The position numbers and the translations under genes are program-made. From NCBI GenBank assembly GCA_963820525.1, contig CAWGAA010000001.1, positions 416,001-480,000 on the forward strand: a stretch of DNA of 64,000 nucleotides. Direction: 5' to 3'. The DNA comes from an uncultured Spirochaetota bacterium (GTDB lineage Bacteria > Spirochaetota > Spirochaetia > SZUA-6 > Fen-1364). The first letter of the stretch is position 1, and each line of letters starts with the position of its first letter. Below, in pieces: positions 57,316 to 64,000 of this stretch. The notes beneath the pieces are model-generated. The model ran no database searches. It was not told where the DNA came from and worked only from the letters and a program-made list of their open reading frames with translations.

Positions 57316-60038
57316 AGATGCTCACCCTGACAATAGACGGAAAGCCCTACTCGGTGGACGCTGAAGGAAAGAACCTGCTCGCGATCTGCCTCTCCCTCGG
57401 CTTCAACCTCCCCTACTTTTGCTGGCACCCCGCCATGCACTCCGTCGGCGCCTGCCGGCAGTGCGCCGTGAAGCTCTTCCGCGACGAGAAGGACACCCAG
57501 GGCCGGATCGTCATGTCCTGCATGACGGCGGCAGTTGATGGGATGCGGATATCGATCGAGGACCCCGAGGCGCGCGAGTTCCGCTCAGGCGTTATCGAGT
57601 GGCTGATGGTGAACCATCCCCATGACTGTCCCATCTGCGACGAGGGCGGTGAATGCCACCTCCAAGACATGACCGTGATGAGCGGGCATGTCTACCGCCG
57701 CTACCGCTTCACCAAGCGGACCCACAAGAACCAGGATCTCGGGCCCTTCCTCAACCATGAGATGAACCGCTGCATCCAGTGCTACCGCTGCGTTCGCTTT
57801 TATCGCGATTACGCGGGGGGCAGGGACTTCGAAGTCCAGGGATGGCACGACAGCGTGTACTTCGGCCGGCACTCCGATGGCACTCTCGAGAACGAGTTCA
57901 GCGGCAACCTGGCCGAGGTCTGCCCGACCGGGGTTTTCACGGATAAGACGCTCAAGAACCACTACAGCCGCAAATGGGACCTCGCCACCGCCCCCTCGGT
58001 CTGCGTTCACTGCGGGGTGGGCTGCAACACGTCCCCCGGGGAACGCTATGGGATGATCCGACGCATCCGGCCCCGCTACAACGGCAAGGTCAACGGGTAT
58101 TTCCTCTGCGACCGCGGCCGCTACGGCTACGAGTTCCTGCACAGCGAGCGGATCATCCGCCGTACGCTTTTGAGAAGGGGCGGAACCCTGATCCCGGTTG
58201 ACCGTGAGCTGGCTTTCAAGGCGGCGCAGGAGGCGCTTTCCGGGACAGCCGCGATCGGGATCGGCTCTCCCCGCGCCTCCCTCGAGACCAACTATGCCCT
58301 GCGGCGGCTCGTCGGGGCTGAGAGCTTTTTCATGGGGGTGCCGGACGGACAGTTGGAGCTCACGCGCCTCATGGCGAGGATCCTTGCCGAAGGGCCGGTT
58401 GCCGGCGCATCGGTCAAAGACGCTGCGGATGCCGATGCCACAGTCGTCCTGGGTGAGGACGTGTGGAACACGGCTCCCATCCTCGCCCTGAACATCCGCC
58501 AGGCTTCCCGCAATGCGCCCATCTCCTCCGCCATGAAGCGCAAGGGCATCCAGCGCTGGGACGACGCGGCCCTGCGGCAGGCCATCCAGAGGGAGAACGG
58601 GCCCCTCTTCATCGCCACCGTGGAGTCGACAGGCCTGGATGTTTCAGCCCAGGCCGTATTCCGCGGCTCCCCGGATGAGATCGCCCGGCTCGGTTTCGCA
58701 ATTGCCCATGAGATCGATTCAGCCGCCCCCGAGGTGCCGGGGCTGACTGTGGAAGCGAAAAGTCTCGCCGGCCGCGCCGCCGCCGCCCTGCTCGCGGCGG
58801 AGCGCCCCGTAGTTGCAAGCGGCTCGAGCCTGGGGAGCGCCGGGATCATCCAGGCCGCGGCGAACATCGCCTGGGCGTTGAAGAAAAAGGGGCGCAGCCC
58901 CGCTTTGAGCTTCTCTTTCCCGGAGGCGAACAGCTTCGGGGCCGCGCTGATGTCGGCGGGTGGAATAGAGAGCGCTGCGAAGGCGCTCCGGGAAAAAAAG
59001 GCCGGCGCGCTTCTCATCGTGGAAACCGACATCGTGCGCCAGGTCGGCTCAAAGGCGGCGCGTGAGCTTTTCAGCGCCGCATCCCACGTCCTTGTCATCG
59101 ACTGCATTTCAAACGGTACGACGGAGGCGGCCGAGATCGTCCTTCCGGCAGCGCCCTTTCCCCAGTCGTCGGGAACCCTGGTGTCGAGCGAGGGCAGGGC
59201 GCAGCGATTCTTCGCCGTGCACCCTTCCGCGGCTCCCGCCCAGGAAAGCTGGCGCTGGCTTGGAGAGCTTTCCGCGGCCGTGGGCAGAAGCCCGCGCGCC
59301 TGGGAAAGCCTCGACGAGCTCATTACGGATATGTGCGCCGAGCTTCCCGCGCTTTCCGGCGCGCGTAAAGCGGCCTCCAGCGCGGCCTTCCGCATCAATG
59401 GGGCACAAGTTCCACGCGATCCCCACCGCGTGAGCGGCCGCACCGCCAAGTACGCGAACATCGACGTGCACGAGCCCAAGCCTCCGGAGGACCGCGATTC
59501 CCCCCTCGCCTATTCCATGGAAGGCTTCATCGAGGCACCGCCTCCCTCCCTGATTCCGAGGTTCTGGGCTCCGGGATGGAACTCGGACCAGGCCATCAAC
59601 AAGTTCCAGATCGAGGCAGGCGGCCCGCTTCGCGGAGGAGACCCGGGGGTGCGTCTGGTTGAACCGCGCGAGGGAGCCGAAGGCAGGTACTTCACCTCCA
59701 TCCCTCACGCCTTCGCGCCCGTGGATGGGCAGATTCTGCTCGTGGCCCACCACCACGTCTTCGGCTCCGAGGAGCTCTCCGCGCTGGCAAGCGCCATCGC
59801 GTCACGCTGTGCCCGGCCGTACCTCGCCATCGGAGAGGCGGATGCGCGGAGGCTTGGGCTGGAAGAAGGCAGGCACGCCAGGCTTATCCTCGGCGGGGAT
59901 TCATACGAGCTTCCCGTGGCCATCCGCGGCCTTCCCTCGGGCGTGGCGGCGCTTCCCGCCGGTGTACCGGGACTCACCGGTATCGGCCTTCCCGCCTGGG
60001 CATCCCTCGAGCCCGCCGGGCAAGGAGGCGCGCGATGA
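57312..60038 (+). CDS. nuoG: NADH-quinone oxidoreductase subunit G
   Basis: FCWHP..GACRQC, NHPHDCPICDEGGECHLQD, CIQCYRC, N7 motif CVHCGVGC..LCDRG. Confidence 0.95.
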   Translation: MKMLTLTIDGKPYSVDAEGKNLLAICLSLGFNLPYFCWHPAMHSVGACRQCAVKLFRDEKDTQGRIVMSCMTAAVDGMRISIEDPEAREFRSGVIEWLMVNHPHDCPICDEGGECHLQDMTVMSGHVYRRYRFTKRTHKNQDLGPFLNHEMNRCIQCYRCVRFYRDYAGGRDFEVQGWHDSVYFGRHSDGTLENEFSGNLAEVCPTGVFTDKTLKNHYSRKWDLATAPSVCVHCGVGCNTSPGERYGMIRRIRPRYNGKVNGYFLCDRGRYGYEFLHSERIIRRTLLRRGGTLIPVDRELAFKAAQEALSGTAAIGIGSPRASLETNYALRRLVGAESFFMGVPDGQLELTRLMARILAEGPVAGASVKDAADADATVVLGEDVWNTAPILALNIRQASRNAPISSAMKRKGIQRWDDAALRQAIQRENGPLFIATVESTGLDVSAQAVFRGSPDEIARLGFAIAHEIDSAAPEVPGLTVEAKSLAGRAAAALLAAERPVVASGSSLGSAGIIQAAANIAWALKKKGRSPALSFSFPEANSFGAALMSAGGIESAAKALREKKAGALLIVETDIVRQVGSKAARELFSAASHVLVIDCISNGTTEAAEIVLPAAPFPQSSGTLVSSEGRAQRFFAVHPSAAPAQESWRWLGELSAAVGRSPRAWESLDELITDMCAELPALSGARKAASSAAFRINGAQVPRDPHRVSGRTAKYANIDVHEPKPPEDRDSPLAYSMEGFIEAPPPSLIPRFWAPGWNSDQAINKFQIEAGGPLRGGDPGVRLVEPREGAEGRYFTSIPHAFAPVDGQILLVAHHHVFGSEELSALASAIASRCARPYLAIGEADARRLGLEEGRHARLILGGDSYELPVAIRGLPSGVAALPAGVPGLTGIGLPAWASLEPAGQGGAR

Positions 60039-60991
60039 GCGTCCTGGTCACTGCCATCTTTCTCATCGGCGGCGTGCTCCTCGGAGTGCTCCTCATCGCG
60101 GCCGGCACGATCTGGGTGGAGCGAAGGGCCCTCGGATTTCTCCAGGAGAGGTACGGACCCAACCGGGCAGGGCCCTTCGGCGCCCTGCAGGTCATCGCCG
60201 ACATGCTGAAGATCTTCACGAAGGAGAACTGGATCGCCCCGTTCTCGGACAAGGCCGTCTTCGTGCTCGCGCCGACCATCATCTTCACCGCCACCCTTGC
60301 CTCCTTCGCCGTCATTCCCTTCGCTCCCGCCATCTTCGTCTCGGACGTGAGCTTCTCCCTCCTGTTCTTCCTTGCCATGTCCTCCTTCGGCGTGTACAGC
60401 GTGGCGCTGGCCGGGTGGTCCTCGAACAGCAAGTATTCTCTCCTGGGCAGCTTCCGTGCCGTCGGGCAGATGGTGAGCTACGAGGTCTTCATGGGCCTCT
60501 CCCTCATGGGGGTCGTGATCCAGGCCGGCTCCTTCAGCCTGCGGGAGATCGTCGAGGCCCAGCGCGGGATGTGGTTCTGCGTGCCCCAGCTCGTCGGGCT
60601 CGTCGTATTCCTCATCGCGGGATTCGCGGAGACCCGCCGCATCCCCTTCGACCTCTCCGAGGCGGAGAATGAGCTGGTTGCCGGCTACCACACCGAGTAC
60701 TCGGGCTTCAAGTTCGCCATGTTCTACGTCGGTGAATACGTGGGCATCACCCTGATCTCCATGATGGTTGTGACGCTTTTTTTCGGCGGCTGGCTGGGAC
60801 CGATCCTCCCGCCCCTGGTCTGGTTCCTGCTGAAGAGTGCCGTCGGGGTGGGGCTCTTCATCCTCGTGCGCGGGTCCCTGCCGCGGCCCCGTTACGATCA
60901 GCTTTTGGCGTTCGGCTGGAAGCTGATGCTTCCCCTCGCCCTCGCGAACCTTCTGGCGACGGGGGCGATCGTGCTGGCCCTGCAAAAGTGA
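60035..60991 (+). CDS. nuoH: NADH-quinone oxidoreductase subunit H
   Basis: ERR..RYGPNR, SYEV, PFDLSEAENEL..TEYSG. Confidence 0.95.
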   Translation: MSVLVTAIFLIGGVLLGVLLIAAGTIWVERRALGFLQERYGPNRAGPFGALQVIADMLKIFTKENWIAPFSDKAVFVLAPTIIFTATLASFAVIPFAPAIFVSDVSFSLLFFLAMSSFGVYSVALAGWSSNSKYSLLGSFRAVGQMVSYEVFMGLSLMGVVIQAGSFSLREIVEAQRGMWFCVPQLVGLVVFLIAGFAETRRIPFDLSEAENELVAGYHTEYSGFKFAMFYVGEYVGITLISMMVVTLFFGGWLGPILPPLVWFLLKSAVGVGLFILVRGSLPRPRYDQLLAFGWKLMLPLALANLLATGAIVLALQK

Positions 60992-61006
60992 GGAGGTGAG
61001 CTCGAT

Positions 61007-61522
61007 ATGTGGAGCATCCTGAGGTCGATGTGGATCGTGTTCAAGCACCTCTTTTCCCCCAAAGTCACGGTCCGGTACCCCGACGAGAAGCGGCGGCTTC
61101 CCGCCCGCTGGAGGGGCCGCATCATTCTTTCCCGCGACCCTGACGGAGAGGAGCGCTGCGTGGCCTGCTACCTCTGCGCGGTGGCCTGCCCGCCCTCCTG
61201 CATCTCGCTTCAGGCCACGAGCGACGAGCACGGACGGCGCTATCCCGAGTTCTTCCGCATCAACTTCTCCCGGTGCATCTTCTGCGGATACTGCGAGGAG
61301 GCGTGCCCCACCTACGCCATCCAGCTGACGCCGGACTACGAGATGGGCGAATACCATCGCAAGAACCTCGTCTACGAGAAGGAGGACCTCTTGATATCGG
61401 GTCCCGGCAAATACCCGGGGTACAATTTCTACCGTGTCGCCGGCCTCGCCATCAAGGGCAAGGACAAGGGCCAGGCCGAGAACGAGCGCCCCCCCGTGGA
61501 CGTGAAAGAGCTCCTGCCATGA
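61007..61522 (+). CDS. nuoI: NADH-quinone oxidoreductase subunit I
   Basis: [12 protein letters not shown] and [12 protein letters not shown]. Confidence 0.95.
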   Translation: MWSILRSMWIVFKHLFSPKVTVRYPDEKRRLPARWRGRIILSRDPDGEERCVACYLCAVACPPSCISLQATSDEHGRRYPEFFRINFSRCIFCGYCEEACPTYAIQLTPDYEMGEYHRKNLVYEKEDLLISGPGKYPGYNFYRVAGLAIKGKDKGQAENERPPVDVKELLP

Positions 61523-62040
61523 ACGCCCTGTACGCCGTGGCCGCCGCAGTCGCGATCGTCTCCACCATCCTCGTCATCACGCGAAAGAACGCGGTGCATG
61601 CCCTGCTCTATCTCATCGTTTCCCTTTTCGCCGTGGCGGTGATCTTCCTCCTGCTCGGCGCGCCCTTCGTGGCGGCCCTCGAGGTCATCGTCTATGCCGG
61701 GGCCATCATGGTCCTCTTCATCTTCGCCGTCATGCTGATCGGCGCGGAAAGCGCGGTGGTGCGCCCCCTGGCCTGGCTCGGGCCCGCCTTTCTCGGCGCC
61801 GTGATCTTCGCGGAGATCCTCTACATCCTGACGTCGGGCGGCAGGGTGAGCGCGCCGCCGCCCATGCAGTCCATGCCCGTGGACCCCAAGCAGGTGGGAA
61901 GAGCGCTCATCGGGCCGTATGTCCTGGGGATCGAGGTGGCGGCGTTCCTTCTCCTGGCCGGCCTCATCGGGGCGTACCACCTCGGCCGCAGGCGTGTGGA
62001 GCGTTCGGCGGCGGAGCGGGAAGCACGGGGGAGCACCTGA
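61519..62040 (+). CDS. nuoJ: NADH-quinone oxidoreductase subunit J
   Basis: [22 protein letters not shown]. Confidence 0.93.
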   Translation: MNALYAVAAAVAIVSTILVITRKNAVHALLYLIVSLFAVAVIFLLLGAPFVAALEVIVYAGAIMVLFIFAVMLIGAESAVVRPLAWLGPAFLGAVIFAEILYILTSGGRVSAPPPMQSMPVDPKQVGRALIGPYVLGIEVAAFLLLAGLIGAYHLGRRRVERSAAEREARGST

Positions 62041-62357
62041 TGGCGACTTTTCCCTTCGAGTACGGTCTTGCCCTGGCCGGCATCCTCTTCGTTCTGGGGT
62101 TGATCGGCGTGCTTGCACGAAGGAACCTGATCTTCATTCTCCTTGGCGTGGAGATCATGTTCAACGCGGCGGGGCTCGCCTTCATCGTGGCGGGCGCGCG
62201 CTGGGCCCAGCCCGACGGGCAGGTGATGTTCATTTTCCTCCTTGCCGTCGCGGCGGCGGAGGTGGCCGTGGGGCTCGCCTTGATCCTGCTCCTCTTCCAT
62301 CGAAAGAAGACATTGGACGCGGACCAGATGGGGTCCGCGGGGAGGATGAAAGCGTGA
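62040..62357 (+). CDS. nuoK: NADH-quinone oxidoreductase subunit K
   Basis: [22 protein letters not shown]. Confidence 0.95.
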   Translation: MATFPFEYGLALAGILFVLGLIGVLARRNLIFILLGVEIMFNAAGLAFIVAGARWAQPDGQVMFIFLLAVAAAEVAVGLALILLLFHRKKTLDADQMGSAGRMKA

Positions 62358-64000
62358 GCTTTGCGTGGCTTATTCCCGCGCTTCCCTTCGCCGGGTTCTT
62401 CATCCTCATGGTGGGCTGGAAGATGCCGCGAAAAGCGGCCGCGTGCATCGGCGCGGGATCCGTAGGCCTCGCGATGGCTTTCGCCATCTGGGTGGCCGCC
62501 CTGTTCCTCGCCAATCCTCCCGCGGGCGGCTCCTCCACCTTCCTGCTGTGGCAGTGGGTCGCCGTCAGCGGCTTCTCGGCTCCCGTGGCGATCACCGTGG
62601 ATGCGCTCTCCGTGGTGATGCTCCTGGTGGTCACGGTGGTCGGCTTTCTGATCCACCTCTACTCGGTGGACCACATGGCGGGCGGAGAGGGATACTCGCG
62701 GTTCTTCGCCTACATGAATCTCTTTGTCGGATCCATGCTCACCCTCGTCCTGGCCGACAACCTCCTCCTCCTCTACCTCGGCTGGGAGGGAGTGGGGCTG
62801 TGCAGTTACCTGCTCATCGGATTCTGGTATGAAGACCCTGCCAACGGCAGGGCGGCGCGCAAGGCGTTCATCGTGACGCGGATCGGAGACGTGGCCCTGA
62901 TGATCGGGCTTTTCCTGATCGCTTTCAGCCTCGGAAGCCTCGGCCTGAAGGAGTCCTCGGCCAAGGCCCTTTCCTCGTGGGCGCCGGGCTCCGGCATCGC
63001 TGTGGCGGCGGCCGCCCTCATCCTGGGCGGGGCGGTGGGAAAGTCGGCGCAGCTTCCCCTCCAGACCTGGCTCCCCGACGCGATGGCCGGTCCATCTCCC
63101 GTGAGCGCCCTCATCCATGCGGCCACGATGGTCACGGCCGGAGTCTACCTCATTGCCAGAACCAACGTGTTCTTCTCACTGGCCCCCGCCGTCCAGCTCG
63201 CCGTTGGAATCGTCGGCGCCGCCACGCTGATCCTGGCGGGATCCAGCGCCGTGTCCCAGAGGGACATCAAGCGGGTGCTCGCCTACTCCACCATAAGCCA
63301 GCTCGGCTACATGTTCCTCGCCCTCGGCGTGGGTTCCTGGGCCGGCGCCATCTTCCACCTGGTGACGCACGCCCTCTTCAAGTCGCTTCTCTTCCTCTCC
63401 GCAGGGGTGGTGATCCTCGCCATGAACGAGGAGCATGACATCTTCGCCATGGGCGGGCTGGCCAGGAAGATGCCGTTCACGTTCTGGGTCTTCCTCATCG
63501 GCTGCTTCGGCCTCACTGCCCTGCCTCCGGTCACCTCCGGGTTCTCCAGCAAGGATCTCATTCTCGCGGCAGCGTGGTCCTCCGGAGGCGCGGGACGGAT
63601 CCTGTGGGCCGTAGCTCTTGCGGGAGTCTTCCTCACCTCGCTGTACACCTTCCGCATGGTGTTCATCGCGTTTTTCGGCCCGCCGCGGCCGCTTGCGGAA
63701 CATGGCGCGGAGGGAGGCTCACACGCCTCGCACGGCGGCCCCGGCCGGGGGTTCAGGGCCGGTCCCATCATGGGATTCCCACTCGCGGTCCTTGCCTTGT
63801 TGTGCGTGATTGGGGGATTGCTCAACCTCCCCGCCACACTGGGCGGGGCGCCATTCCTCTTCAATTTCCTGGACACGGTGCTCCCCCATCAGAGCCCGGC
63901 CGAGGGAGGCGCGCTTTCCGAGGGGATGCTCCAGCTCATCTCTCTTGTCGTCTCCCTGGCAGGCATCCCATTCGCCTACCTCATCTACAAGCGAAGCCTG
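62354..64000 (+). CDS. nuoL: NADH-quinone oxidoreductase subunit L; partial, runs off the right edge
   Basis: Not in the ORF track. GTG 62354 gives [69 protein letters not shown]. Confidence 0.93.
   Translation, partial: MSFAWLIPALPFAGFFILMVGWKMPRKAAACIGAGSVGLAMAFAIWVAALFLANPPAGGSSTFLLWQWVAVSGFSAPVAITVDALSVVMLLVVTVVGFLIHLYSVDHMAGGEGYSRFFAYMNLFVGSMLTLVLADNLLLLYLGWEGVGLCSYLLIGFWYEDPANGRAARKAFIVTRIGDVALMIGLFLIAFSLGSLGLKESSAKALSSWAPGSGIAVAAAALILGGAVGKSAQLPLQTWLPDAMAGPSPVSALIHAATMVTAGVYLIARTNVFFSLAPAVQLAVGIVGAATLILAGSSAVSQRDIKRVLAYSTISQLGYMFLALGVGSWAGAIFHLVTHALFKSLLFLSAGVVILAMNEEHDIFAMGGLARKMPFTFWVFLIGCFGLTALPPVTSGFSSKDLILAAAWSSGGAGRILWAVALAGVFLTSLYTFRMVFIAFFGPPRPLAEHGAEGGSHASHGGPGRGFRAGPIMGFPLAVLALLCVIGGLLNLPATLGGAPFLFNFLDTVLPHQSPAEGGALSEGMLQLISLVVSLAGIPFAYLIYKRSL

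Overview
GC-rich bacterial chromosomal window, most likely from a free-living Spirochaetota member (inferred from the spirochaete-style pcnB, hrpA, PEGA/TPR proteins, the cas2-like/prfB pair and the DUF212-rnfCDEA-GH57 synteny). It is mostly core genome. It contains a cas2-like-prfB-cheY-PEGA-ftsY-lolC/E operon, an incomplete Rnf cluster, two Mla/MCE lipid ABC systems, a frameshifted B12-radical SAM gene, pcnB, one intact IS1182-family element, a bacterial ceramide synthase-like GNAT gene coupled to hisS, a ClpX paralogue without a zinc-binding domain coupled to an M28 peptidase, hrpA, aroA/aroB, PBP1A, gcvH, a ParB-like/metallophosphoesterase pair, an ACP, several TPR proteins, menG/ubiE, a polyprenyl synthase and an E. 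coli-type nuoA-B-CD-E-F-G-H-I-J-K-L operon running off the right end. The most unusual signals are non-coding: (1) a modular, nested intergenic hairpin family with an invariant TCTC/TGCC internal loop and co-varying stems, which the IS has inserted into; (2) a structured sRNA candidate with an anti-Shine-Dalgarno loop and its own terminator; (3) many sigma70 promoters placed so that transcripts are leaderless. No CRISPR array, tRNA or rRNA was seen. All calls come from reading the sequence; no database searches were run.
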